64,000 nucleotides of DNA, taken from positions 27,322 through 91,321 of the forward strand of contig JAODMT010000010.1 of NCBI GenBank assembly GCA_025464975.1, in the 5' to 3' direction. Of this stretch, positions 9,412-19,490 are shown piece by piece; the first letter of the stretch is position 1, and each line of letters begins with the position of its first letter. The DNA is from Microbacteriaceae bacterium. GTDB taxonomy: Bacteria; Actinomycetota; Actinomycetes; Actinomycetales; Microbacteriaceae. Made by a program: the position numbers and the translations under genes. The notes under the pieces were generated by a model, which ran no database searches, was not told the DNA's origin, and saw only the letters and a program-made list of their open reading frames with translations.

Positions 9412-10604
9412 GCCCCCAACACCAGCCCTCCGCGCACCGTCGCCCGGATCGAGGATGCGGCGGCGCCGCGAGCCCAATCGTCGAAGGTGTGCGATTGGGT
9501 GACGATCCGGCACTGCGCCGCGGCCCCGAAGACGTGCTCCGAGAAGACTTCACGCACCCGGCTCTCGTACAGGTCGTAGTCGGCGACGCCCTCCCCGGCG
9601 AGGAGCACGACCTTGGGGCCGACGAGGTTGACCATGGCGGCGAGCGCCATGCCGATCGACGAGCCTGCGCGCTCAAACGCGGCAACGGCACCGGCGTGGC
9701 CGGAGTGGGCGAGCGCGCCCGCCTGAAACATGGTCAGGCCCGGATTGCCCGTTGACGTCCGCACAGCATCCAGGATGGCCCGGGACGAGGCCACGGTCTC
9801 AACACAGCCGTGTCGCCCGCACCTGCAGACAGCAGATTCGAGGCCGAACGGCAGGTGCCCGATCTCGCCTGCGACGCCGAAACCGCCCTCGACGACATCG
9901 CCGTTGAGGTAGAGGCCACACCCGATTCCCGCGCCGATCGTGACGATCGCGAACGACTCGACCCCCACCCCGACGCCGAACCACTGCTCGGCGATCGTGA
10001 GGGCTCGAACGTCGTTGTCGATGTGCACCCGGGCGGGCATCGACGGCCGGAGCATCGCGACGAGCGGCACGTCCCTCCAGCCGAGCAGCGGGGAATGCCG
10101 CACGACGCCCGACGTCTCGTCGACGTCACCCGACACCGAGACGCCGACGCCGGCGATCCTGTCGGCGACGCCCCCGCAGCGCGACACGAGGGTGCTCGCG
10201 GCCGCGATGAGCGCCCGCACAATCTCGTCGGCATCAGTATTCGCCACGGGCACGCGGGTCGCGTGCAGTATCCGCGCGTGAAGATCGGTGACTACGCCGA
10301 TGACCTCGTCCGCGTTCACCTTGAGGCCGAGGAACGCGAGGGCCTCCCCCACGACGCGAAGAGGATTGACCGGCCGCCCCGGTTGGGCCGTGTGTTGCGG
10401 GCCGCCATCCGCGGACACGAAACCCGCGCTGATGAGGGGACTCACCGCCTTCGTGACCGCTGCTTGAGAGAGTCCGGTTTGACGCGTGACGTCGATTCGC
10501 GCGATGGGGCCGCGCGTGAGGATGTGCGTGAACGCTTGCACGGCCGCCGGCGTCGCCAACAACGGCGCGGCCGCCCGCGTGCGCGGTTGTGTGGCAGTCA
10601 TCAC
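9408..10604 (-). CDS. ROK family transcriptional regulator
   Basis: N-terminal wHTH (ARIDVTRQTGLSQAAVTKAVSPLISAGFV) plus a ROK fold with zinc motif CRCGRHGCVE. Confidence 0.8.
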   Translation of the reverse strand: MMTATQPRTRAAAPLLATPAAVQAFTHILTRGPIARIDVTRQTGLSQAAVTKAVSPLISAGFVSADGGPQHTAQPGRPVNPLRVVGEALAFLGLKVNADEVIGVVTDLHARILHATRVPVANTDADEIVRALIAAASTLVSRCGGVADRIAGVGVSVSGDVDETSGVVRHSPLLGWRDVPLVAMLRPSMPARVHIDNDVRALTIAEQWFGVGVGVESFAIVTIGAGIGCGLYLNGDVVEGGFGVAGEIGHLPFGLESAVCRCGRHGCVETVASSRAILDAVRTSTGNPGLTMFQAGALAHSGHAGAVAAFERAGSSIGMALAAMVNLVGPKVVLLAGEGVADYDLYESRVREVFSEHVFGAAAQCRIVTQSHTFDDWARGAAASSIRATVRGGLVLGA

Positions 10605-10676
10605 TGAATCGCCCTCTCGTCGATACTGTAGCGGCCGGCGGTGCCGGGCTCTCCGAGCCCGACACCCCCGCCTCGA

Positions 10677-12023
10677 CTACTTTCCGGTCAGGATCTGTCC
10701 CGATTGGGTGGTCGCCTGCTTGAAGATGGCGTCGCTCGTCTCACCGGAGAAGAACGACTCGAACATCGGCTGGATGGTGTCCGTGAGCTTTTGACCGTTC
10801 GCCATCGGAGGGGAAGCGTTCAGCTCCTTGTTCTTCAATTGGTTCTCGAACACCGAGAGGTCGACGCCCTGCTTCGCCTGAGCGTTGACCACGGAGACCA
10901 TGGAGGCGGAAATCGACGGGAAGAAGGACCCGCTCGCACCGGCGAGTGACTGGCACGTCTGGGTGCCCATGTAGGTCACCCACTTCCACGTGGAGTCAAC
11001 GTTCTTCGTGCCGACCCAGATGTTGTTGGCGTTCGAGTTGCTGATCACCGATCGCCCGTTCGATCCCTTGACCGTCGGCGCAATGCCGATCGACATCCCG
11101 GGAAGCTTCGCGAAGGTCGTCGCCTCCCACGATCCGCCCTCGATCATCGCGACCTTGCCGGAGCCAAGCTGCTCAGTATCGGCCATGGTGAAGGATCCGT
11201 ACTTGGGTGCGAACCCGCGGGCCTCGAGCGAGCGCACGTAGTCGACCGTCTTGACGAAGGTTGGGGAGTCGAAGTTGAGCTTCGTCGGCCATGCCTTTTT
11301 ATTGCCCATCTGCCATCCGGCGGACGAGGCGAACGAGTTCCAGGACGTCTGGCCGTTGAAGTCCGGGGCTGCGAGCGAGCCGACCCCGTAGACGGCGACG
11401 TTGTTCTTGTCGAAGCCAGGTTCGTCGCCCCGCACGCCGTTCTTGTCGACCGTGAGGTGCGCGACGATCTTGTCGAAGGTGCCTCCGTTGTCGGGATTCC
11501 AGGTCATGTTCGCCGTCTGGTCCTCGCTGATGCCTGCCTTCTTCAGGTCATCCTTGTTGAAGTAGAACGCGGAGGACGCCCAGTCGAGCGGCAAACCGTA
11601 CTGCTTGCCGTCGGTGTACTTCCACGAGCTCACCCCGATGTTGTACTTGCCGAGGTCGAAGCCTGACTTCTTGATGAGGTCGTCGAGCGGCATGATCTGT
11701 TTCTGCGACGCGTACTCGCCGAGGATCGGGACGCTGTTCTGGAATGCGTCTGGCGCGGTGCCCGCGACGAATCCGGCGGTGAGCTTGGTGAAGTAGTCGT
11801 TGACGTTGTACTGGGTGATCTTCACGGTGATATTCGGATTGGCCTTCTCGAATCCGGGCACACACAGCTGGTACGCGGCGGCCTGCTTGTCATCCCACGT
11901 CCACCAGTTGACGGTCGATTTCGCGGTCGTCGACCCGCCACTCGAGCCGTTGCTCGACGAGCACGCGGCGAGCGGCAGGACGAGCGCGACCACGACGATC
12001 GGGATCAGTTTTTTCAGTTTCAT
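10677..12023 (-). CDS. sugar ABC transporter substrate-binding lipoprotein
   Basis: Signal/lipobox VVALVLPLAACSS. 448 aa with family-1 solute-binding character. The ATG overlaps the GH95 stop (ATGA). Confidence 0.85.
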   Translation of the reverse strand: MKLKKLIPIVVVALVLPLAACSSSNGSSGGSTTAKSTVNWWTWDDKQAAAYQLCVPGFEKANPNITVKITQYNVNDYFTKLTAGFVAGTAPDAFQNSVPILGEYASQKQIMPLDDLIKKSGFDLGKYNIGVSSWKYTDGKQYGLPLDWASSAFYFNKDDLKKAGISEDQTANMTWNPDNGGTFDKIVAHLTVDKNGVRGDEPGFDKNNVAVYGVGSLAAPDFNGQTSWNSFASSAGWQMGNKKAWPTKLNFDSPTFVKTVDYVRSLEARGFAPKYGSFTMADTEQLGSGKVAMIEGGSWEATTFAKLPGMSIGIAPTVKGSNGRSVISNSNANNIWVGTKNVDSTWKWVTYMGTQTCQSLAGASGSFFPSISASMVSVVNAQAKQGVDLSVFENQLKNKELNASPPMANGQKLTDTIQPMFESFFSGETSDAIFKQATTQSGQILTGK

Positions 12024-14455
12024 GTTTCCTCTTTTTTCGGGGGAGCAGCTTTGCTCCCGTCGGTGATGCCCGGAGTCAGGTCGACTGTGCGCCCGGGCGG
12101 AATGGTCTCGACGAACTCGTGCCCCGGGGCGAGGATCCGCAGCGGCCGGCCGGTGGCCGATGCGTTCGCGCGAATGCGCGCCGTTTCCAGCCGACCGTCC
12201 CGCCAGCTCAGGTCGACCTCGAGTCCGCCTCGCAGCCGAACACCGCGCACCTCGCCCTCGCGCCAGGCGGCTGGAAGGGCGGGAAGAAGGCGGACGGTGT
12301 CACCGGCGTCCTGCACGAGCATCTCGATGATCCCCGCGACAAAGCCGTAGTTGCCGTCGATCTGGAAGGGAGGGTGCGTGCTGAAGAGATTGGGCAGCAG
12401 CCCTCCCCACTCAGATCCGTCGACCGGTGCCAGGTGCGACGGGTCACCTGAGAGCGGCGTCGTCGCCTCGAGGAGCAGGGACCGCGCCTCCTCCCCGTCG
12501 CCAAGGCGGGCGCGCAGGGCGATCTTCCACGACCACGACCATCCCATCGCGCCTGGCCCGCGGGCGTCGAGGCTGCGCGCCGCGGCTGCGGCAAGTTCCG
12601 GCGTGCGCTCCACATCGATTTCGCCGATCGGATACAGGCGCACGAGGTGTGACAGGTGGCGATGGTGCCGGTCCTCTTCGGGAAGATCGGCCGACCATTC
12701 CCGCAATCGACCGTCCGGTGCGATCTGGGCCGGACCAACTCTCGGGAGGGCGACGCGCATCCGTTCGCACAGCTCGTCGTCCAACTCGAGCGCCTCCGCG
12801 GCAGACAGTGCGTTCCGGAGCACGTCGGCGGCGAGCGCCATGTCCATCGCGGACGAGGTCGTGAGTGCCTGTGGCCGCCCATCGGCAGCCAGGTAGTGGT
12901 TTTCGGGCGATGTGGAGGGGCTTGTGGCGAGCCGGCCATCTTCCGTTTCGATGAGCCAGTCGAGCACGAAGCGCGCGGCACCGGCGAGGATCGGCCAGCC
13001 GCGGTCGCGGAGGAAGCGGAGGTCGAGCGAGTACGCGTAGTGCTCCCAGGCGTGCCTGCTCAGCCATGCGCCACCCATCATCCAGATCGCCCACGACGGA
13101 TCCGCCGCGCCCCGCCCTACCGGGAGCGCCCAGCCCCACATGTCAACGTTGTGATGCGCGACCCAGCCACGGGCGCCGTACAGCCGCTCGGCGGCCTCGC
13201 CGCCGGTCACGGTGAGCTTCTCCAGCAGTTCCACGAGCGGCAGATGGCTCTCGCCGAGTCCCGCGGCCTCCGCGGCCCAATAGTTCATCTGGGTGTTGAT
13301 GTTGATGGTGTAGTTGGATGACCACGCGGGACGCTCCTGGTCGTTCCAGATCCCCTGCAGGTTGGCTGGAGGGTTTCCCGGGCGGGACGCGGACGCGAGG
13401 AGGTACCGGCCGTACTGGAGCATGACGGTCGCGACGAGGTCGTCCCCGGCCGAGTCGAGCAGCTCCGGGACGTCGATGACGCCGTCCCGCTGATGCCCGA
13501 TGCGCACTCGTGTCGTTCCGAGGAGTCGGTCGATGTCCGCGCTATGCCGCCTGAACAGTTCCGCACTCCCCCGCCCGAGCGCGGTCGCCGCCCGCTCGGC
13601 AGCGTATGCCACGAGCGAGTCGCGGTTTCCGCGGTCGGGTCGTGCCGCCGAGTCCGCCCACCAGAGTTCGGCGTTGGTCGCGCTCGAGATCGTGACGAGT
13701 ACGTGAGTCGCCGACCGGATGAGAAGCTCATCGCCGCGCGTCTCGCGGTTGCCGTCTGTTGAGACGGCAACCGCAAGGGCCGCGTAGGGATCGAAGCCCG
13801 CGGCATCGTCGGTCGCGTAGACGTGGGCGGGCAGGTCGGACTCGTGGAGCGGCGCACCGTCGACGGGAATGCTGATGCCGAGCCGCAATCCGCTCGTGTC
13901 GGTGACCCGCCGCTCGAGCCTCAGGGGTGTCGCAGCGGCGATGCGGAGGTCGATTGGCCCGCCGGTGGCGGTCGTCTCCACGCAGATCGCGGCGTCGGGG
14001 GCGCTCGCCCACCACCGTCGCACGATGTGGACATCTCCGACGTCGAACTCCTCGCGGACAACCGCCGCATCGAGGTCCAGGACCCGACCGGCGTAGCTGA
14101 CCGGCGCGCCGTCCGGTCCGGTTGCGATGGTGAGATCCGCGAACGGCAGGAACTCCTGGCTGTAGCCGCCCTCGAACGCAGCGACGAGGTCCCGCGCCCG
14201 GTCGAGGTCCCCGGCGTCGATCGCCCGGCGAACGGCCTGCAGCCGCTCGGGCCCGGCGCCCTGCGCGACGACGTCGGCGAGCCCCGCCGCTGGGGTGTCC
14301 GGCGTTCCCGACCACACCGTTGCGTCATTGATTTGCAGCCGTGCCCTCGCGCCTCCGAAGACCATGCCACCCAAGCGGCCGTTGCCGACAGGAGTCGCCT
14401 CTGACCATGCGGCGGCGGGCTCCGCCCAGCGGAGTCGAAGCGTCTCGTCAGTCAT
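12020..14455 (-). CDS. glycoside hydrolase family 95 (alpha-L-fucosidase-type)
   Basis: 811 aa. The N-terminal hallmark PVGNGRLGGMVFGG...INDATVWSG is typical of GH95. No signal peptide, so probably cytoplasmic. Confidence 0.8.
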   Translation of the reverse strand: MTDETLRLRWAEPAAAWSEATPVGNGRLGGMVFGGARARLQINDATVWSGTPDTPAAGLADVVAQGAGPERLQAVRRAIDAGDLDRARDLVAAFEGGYSQEFLPFADLTIATGPDGAPVSYAGRVLDLDAAVVREEFDVGDVHIVRRWWASAPDAAICVETTATGGPIDLRIAAATPLRLERRVTDTSGLRLGISIPVDGAPLHESDLPAHVYATDDAAGFDPYAALAVAVSTDGNRETRGDELLIRSATHVLVTISSATNAELWWADSAARPDRGNRDSLVAYAAERAATALGRGSAELFRRHSADIDRLLGTTRVRIGHQRDGVIDVPELLDSAGDDLVATVMLQYGRYLLASASRPGNPPANLQGIWNDQERPAWSSNYTININTQMNYWAAEAAGLGESHLPLVELLEKLTVTGGEAAERLYGARGWVAHHNVDMWGWALPVGRGAADPSWAIWMMGGAWLSRHAWEHYAYSLDLRFLRDRGWPILAGAARFVLDWLIETEDGRLATSPSTSPENHYLAADGRPQALTTSSAMDMALAADVLRNALSAAEALELDDELCERMRVALPRVGPAQIAPDGRLREWSADLPEEDRHHRHLSHLVRLYPIGEIDVERTPELAAAAARSLDARGPGAMGWSWSWKIALRARLGDGEEARSLLLEATTPLSGDPSHLAPVDGSEWGGLLPNLFSTHPPFQIDGNYGFVAGIIEMLVQDAGDTVRLLPALPAAWREGEVRGVRLRGGLEVDLSWRDGRLETARIRANASATGRPLRILAPGHEFVETIPPGRTVDLTPGITDGSKAAPPKKEET

Positions 14456-14461
14456 TTTCTG

Positions 14462-15397
14462 CTACTTGAGCCCGGTGAAGCCGATTGAGTTGACGATGCG
14501 TTTGCCGAAGATCATGAAGATCACAAGCATCGGCAGCGCTGCGACGAGCGTCGCCGCCATGAGTCCGGCCCAGTCGGGTTGTGCTTGCGGCGACGACTGC
14601 TTGAACACCGCGAGCGCGAGCGTCAGAGGGCGCACCGAGTTGTCGGAGGTGACGAGGAGTGGCCAGAAGTAGTCGTTCCAGGCGTTGATGAAGTTCAGGA
14701 TCGTGAGCGTGATGATCGGGCCGGATGTCATCGGCACCGTGATCGTGAAGAGCAGCCGCACTCGACCGGCGCCGTCGATGAGCGCCGCCTCTTCGATCTC
14801 GTTGCTGAGCCCGAGCATGAACTGACGGAGGAAGAAGATGTTGAATGCCGAGAAGAGCGCGGTCGGCAGCACCATCCCGCCGAAGCTGTTCAACAGACCG
14901 AGATCCTTGATGAGGACGAAGTTGGGCAGGAGCGTGAGGATCCCGGGCACCATGAGTGCCGACAGGAAGACCGAGAACATCGTCTCGCGACCCCGCCATT
15001 GCAGACGCGCGAAGGCATACGCCGCGATGGTGGAGAAGAAGACGGTGCACGCCGTCGAGAGGGACGCGTAAATGAGGGAGTTGAGCAGAAACGGGCCGAT
15101 CTGCAGAGACGCCCCGGAACCTCCCTCGGCCACGGCTTGCGCTTGCGTGGCCAAGCCGAGCACGCGGGCGAACGCGCCCAAGGTGAAGTGGACGGGCAGG
15201 AGCGAGCCCGGATCCGTGAACAGGGCGAGGTTGTTCGAGAGTGCCGTGCGCAGCATCCAGTAGAAGGGGAAGAGGGTCACCAGCAGGATCAGGCCGATGT
15301 AGCACCAGGCGATCGTCTTGCCGAGGGAGAAGCGGCGTGTCCCGGTCCGCTCCTTTGTTCGCGAGGTGCGAGCCGCCGTCACGGTCTGTGTCGTCAT
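14462..15397 (-). CDS. carbohydrate ABC transporter permease (MalG-like)
   Basis: Six predicted TM segments and the EAA loop EEAALIDGAGRVRLLFTITVP. Confidence 0.9.
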   Translation of the reverse strand: MTTQTVTAARTSRTKERTGTRRFSLGKTIAWCYIGLILLVTLFPFYWMLRTALSNNLALFTDPGSLLPVHFTLGAFARVLGLATQAQAVAEGGSGASLQIGPFLLNSLIYASLSTACTVFFSTIAAYAFARLQWRGRETMFSVFLSALMVPGILTLLPNFVLIKDLGLLNSFGGMVLPTALFSAFNIFFLRQFMLGLSNEIEEAALIDGAGRVRLLFTITVPMTSGPIITLTILNFINAWNDYFWPLLVTSDNSVRPLTLALAVFKQSSPQAQPDWAGLMAATLVAALPMLVIFMIFGKRIVNSIGFTGLK

Positions 15398-15413
15398 GTC
15401 TGTATCCGCCCGC

Positions 15414-16370
15414 TCAGTTCGTGTCCGACTCGCTTGCGCGGGTCAGTCGCATTTGCAAGAAGGTGATCACGATGAGTACGACGAAGAGTGCGAGCGACAT
15501 GGTTGCCGCATAGCCGAAGTCGAACTGACCGAACGCTTTCTGGTAGATGTACATCTGCAGCACCTTCGACGCGTTCGCCGGTCCGCCCCGGGTCGCCACC
15601 TGCACAATGTCGAATACCTGAAATGAGCCGATGATGCTGAGGATGAGCACCATCGCGAGGATCGGACGCAAGAGCGGCAGCGTGAGGTAGCGAAACATCT
15701 TGACCTCGCTCGCCCCGTCCAGCCGCCCCGCCTCGTAGATGGAGGACGGGATGGTCTGCAGACCCGCGAAGATGATTATGGCGTTGTAGCCCATCGACTT
15801 CCAGATGCTGATCATCGCGATCGAGGGGATCGCCCATGCCCGGGTTGTCAGGAACATGACGGGGTGCCCGAAGACGTGTTGGACGAGGACGTTGACGACA
15901 CCGAGTTGGGCGTCGAGCATCCAGGACCAGAGCGTCGCGGCGACGACACCCGAGATCAGGAACGGGAGGATGATCAGCCCGCGAATGACCGAGGATGCGG
16001 TGAGCCGGTGGAGGATGACCGCCGTCACGATCGAGATCGCGGTTCCGAGGACTACCGAGATCGCGACGAAGTACACGGTCACGAGAAGCGAATTCCAGAA
16101 GACGCCGTCGTGGGCCAGCTCAATGATGTTGTCGAGGCCGGTCCAGGTCGGCGGCGTGAGCACTCGGAAGTCCGTGAAGCTCAAGTAGAACCCGCGGAGC
16201 GTTGGGTACGCGACGAATGCGACGAAGCCGACGAGCCCTGGTGCGATGAGCACCCACGCGAGCGCCGCATCGCGTCGGTGTGCCGGCGCCTTTGCGTTGA
16301 TCGACCCGCGGACGCGCGGGGGACGCTTGCCGAGCCGCCCGGCTCGTGTTTTTGTGATCGTCGTCATCAT
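15414..16370 (-). CDS. carbohydrate ABC transporter permease (MalF-like)
   Basis: Multi-TM protein with the EAA loop YEAGRLDGASEVKMFRYLTLPLL. Confidence 0.9.
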   Translation of the reverse strand: MMTTITKTRAGRLGKRPPRVRGSINAKAPAHRRDAALAWVLIAPGLVGFVAFVAYPTLRGFYLSFTDFRVLTPPTWTGLDNIIELAHDGVFWNSLLVTVYFVAISVVLGTAISIVTAVILHRLTASSVIRGLIILPFLISGVVAATLWSWMLDAQLGVVNVLVQHVFGHPVMFLTTRAWAIPSIAMISIWKSMGYNAIIIFAGLQTIPSSIYEAGRLDGASEVKMFRYLTLPLLRPILAMVLILSIIGSFQVFDIVQVATRGGPANASKVLQMYIYQKAFGQFDFGYAATMSLALFVVLIVITFLQMRLTRASESDTN

Positions 16371-16457
16371 TGACCCACCTGAAGTTCACCTTCGAAACCC
16401 GACTACGCTCAACCGAGCGAACGGGAAATATTGCTTGTTGAGAGTAGACATGAATAA

Positions 16458-16499
16458 TTGATGCTGTCAAGTATTGTTAGTTGATACTGTTAAGTAATT
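16458..16499. promoter_or_regulatory. duplicated AT-rich operator-like box in the GH36 / ABC-GH95 divergent region
   Basis: TTGATGCTGTCAAGTATT (16458-16475) and TTGATACTGTTAAGTAATT (16481-16499): 15/18 identical with a 23-nt period. Each contains TTGA-N5-T(C/T)AA. Confidence 0.5.
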
Positions 16500-16515
16500 C
16501 GAACCAAGGGGTCAA

Positions 16516-18711
16516 ATGACGACGGCGTCGCACTCGATCGTGCATCTACGCTCCGGCGGGGTGTCCATCGCCTACGACCTGGGGCATCCCGTTCCGCGTG
16601 TCGCGCACTGGGGCGCGGACCTGGGCCCGCTCGATGACGCCGACCTCGCAACGCTTGCGATGACGAGCGGCCCGGCGCGATTCAACAGTTCACTCGACAC
16701 CGCCCGAGCCTTCTCCGTCTTGCCGAGCGAGCACGAGGGCTGGTCGGGAACGCCCGGCCTCGCCGGGCACCTCGACGGGACCGCGACGACGCCCCGGCTG
16801 GCGCTCACCGGCCATCACGTCGGCTCCGATTCCGCCGGCACGACGATCACGATGACGCTCCGAGACTCTGTCGCCCCGCTCGAGATCGAGATCATCCACC
16901 TCCTCGACATCGACGGGCTGCTGCACGCCACCACGCGGGTGCGACACGTCGCGGAGGACACGAACGACGAGCGTGCCGCCTATTGGTTGCAGGCGGTGAA
17001 CAGCATGCTGCCCGTTCCCGCGCGCGCGGCCGAGATCCTTGACTTCACCGGCAAGTGGTGCCGGGAACGGTCCCCGCAGCGGCTCCCGCGAGTGCACGGG
17101 ACCCACTCGCGGCAGGTGCGTCGTGGGCGACCCGGGCATGATTCGCCGTTCCTCATGGCTGTCGCTACGCGCGACCTCGGGTTCCGCCGTGGCGAGGTCT
17201 GGTCCATGCACGTCGCGTGGAGCGGCGACCAGCAGTGGTACGTCGAACAGCTTCCCGAGGGAGCGGGCGCACACGCCGGAGTGCTCGGCGGCGGGGAACT
17301 GCTCGCGCCGGGTGAGATTCGCCTCGAACCGGGAGAGAGCTATACCTCGCCGCGCGTCGTCTTCGCGTGGAGCGGCGCGGGGCTCGACGGGGTGACCGAC
17401 CGGTTCCACTCCGCCCTGCGTCGGCGCCCCTCCCACCCGCGCACCCCGCGGCCTCTCACCCTCAACTCCTGGGAGGCGGTCTACTTCGACCACGACCTTG
17501 ACCGGCTTGTCGAGCTGACCGATCGCGCGGCACGGGTTGGTGTGGAACGCGTCGTGCTCGACGACGGATGGTTCGGCGGCCGGCGCAACGATCGTGCGGG
17601 TCTCGGCGATTGGACCGTATCCCCCGACGTCTGGCCAGACGGACTGCATCCACTCGTCGACCGGATCCGGGAGCACGGCATGCAGTTCGGGCTGTGGTTC
17701 GAGCCGGAGATGGTCAACATCGACTCCGAGCTCGCCCGACTTCACCCCGACTGGCTCCTCCTCCCACAGGGAGAGCTTGGCCCGTCGTGGCGTCACCAGT
17801 ACGTGCTCAACGTGGCGCATCCGGATGCCTGGCGCCACCTGTTCGAGCAGATAGACGCGCTCGTGCGCGAGTACGCCATCGACTTCATCAAGTGGGACCA
17901 CAATCGCGACCTCCTCGAAGCGGTCTGGCGTCATCCGAACGGGGACCGGCCCGCGGTCCACGAGCAGACCCAGGCGCTCTACCGACTGCTCGACGCGCTC
18001 CGCGAACGCCACCCTGGTCTGGAGATCGAGTCCTGCGCCTCGGGCGGCGCCCGCGTGGATCTCGGCATCCTCGAGCGCACCGACCGGGTTTGGGCCTCCG
18101 ACAGCAACGATCCCGCCGAGCGGCAGAACATCCAGTTGTGGACGAGCACGCTCCTGCCGCTCGAGCTCATCGGCTCTCACGTGGGCGCCGCCGAGTCGCA
18201 CACGACACACCGCGTCACGGCCCTGTCGTTCCGGCTCGTGACCGCGCTGTTCGCGCACGCCGGCATCGAGTGGGACATCACCAAATGCTCGGAGGACGAG
18301 CTGCGGACCATGACCGCGTGGGCCGGGCTCTACAAGGAGCAACGGGGACTCCTGCACAGCGGGCGCGTCGTGCGAGCCGATTTGGACGACCCGGCCGTGC
18401 TCCTGCACGGCGTCGTCGCCACAGACGGACGGTCGGCCCTCTTCGCGTGGGCGCGGCTCGCCACCTCGCCGAGCGTGCATTCGGGCAGGGTGGCACTTCC
18501 CGGACTCGATGCCGCCGCGCGCTACCGCATCCGGGTCCGCGAGGAGTGCGGGCCGACGAGCCTGCACCAGGGCGCCGGGCCCGACTGGTTCGAGCGAGCC
18601 CGGAAGGGGTGGCTCGAACTTCCGGGCTCGGTGCTCGCAACCGTCGGGATCCCCCTGCCGACGCTCAACCCCGACCAGGCTCTTGTCTTCGAGGTGAACC
18701 GGATCGACTGA
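16516..18711 (+). CDS. alpha-galactosidase, glycoside hydrolase family 36
   Basis: Catalytic-region motifs KWDHNRD and SCASGGARVD. 731 aa. AAGGGG lies 6 nt before the ATG. Confidence 0.85.
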   Translation: MTTASHSIVHLRSGGVSIAYDLGHPVPRVAHWGADLGPLDDADLATLAMTSGPARFNSSLDTARAFSVLPSEHEGWSGTPGLAGHLDGTATTPRLALTGHHVGSDSAGTTITMTLRDSVAPLEIEIIHLLDIDGLLHATTRVRHVAEDTNDERAAYWLQAVNSMLPVPARAAEILDFTGKWCRERSPQRLPRVHGTHSRQVRRGRPGHDSPFLMAVATRDLGFRRGEVWSMHVAWSGDQQWYVEQLPEGAGAHAGVLGGGELLAPGEIRLEPGESYTSPRVVFAWSGAGLDGVTDRFHSALRRRPSHPRTPRPLTLNSWEAVYFDHDLDRLVELTDRAARVGVERVVLDDGWFGGRRNDRAGLGDWTVSPDVWPDGLHPLVDRIREHGMQFGLWFEPEMVNIDSELARLHPDWLLLPQGELGPSWRHQYVLNVAHPDAWRHLFEQIDALVREYAIDFIKWDHNRDLLEAVWRHPNGDRPAVHEQTQALYRLLDALRERHPGLEIESCASGGARVDLGILERTDRVWASDSNDPAERQNIQLWTSTLLPLELIGSHVGAAESHTTHRVTALSFRLVTALFAHAGIEWDITKCSEDELRTMTAWAGLYKEQRGLLHSGRVVRADLDDPAVLLHGVVATDGRSALFAWARLATSPSVHSGRVALPGLDAAARYRIRVREECGPTSLHQGAGPDWFERARKGWLELPGSVLATVGIPLPTLNPDQALVFEVNRID

Positions 18712-18720
18712 GGATCCTGC

Positions 18721-19464
<744 letters not shown>

Positions 19465-19490
19465 GGTTCCAACTCTAGTTAACTGGACCT

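Noticed and set aside
10645-10661. Hairpin CGGGCTC-TCC-GAGCCCG between the binding-protein gene and the ROK regulator, as a terminator
   Set aside because: It is only 7 bp with a 3-nt loop and no U-tract, and it sits within an apparently coupled operon. It is not distinguishable from chance GC-rich self-complementarity.
16690-18567. 625-aa minus-strand ORF, and the 428-aa plus-strand alternate frame at 17568..18854
   Set aside because: Both overlap the GH36 alpha-galactosidase gene, which has clear catalytic motifs. Their translations are low-complexity (Arg/Pro/Gly-rich).
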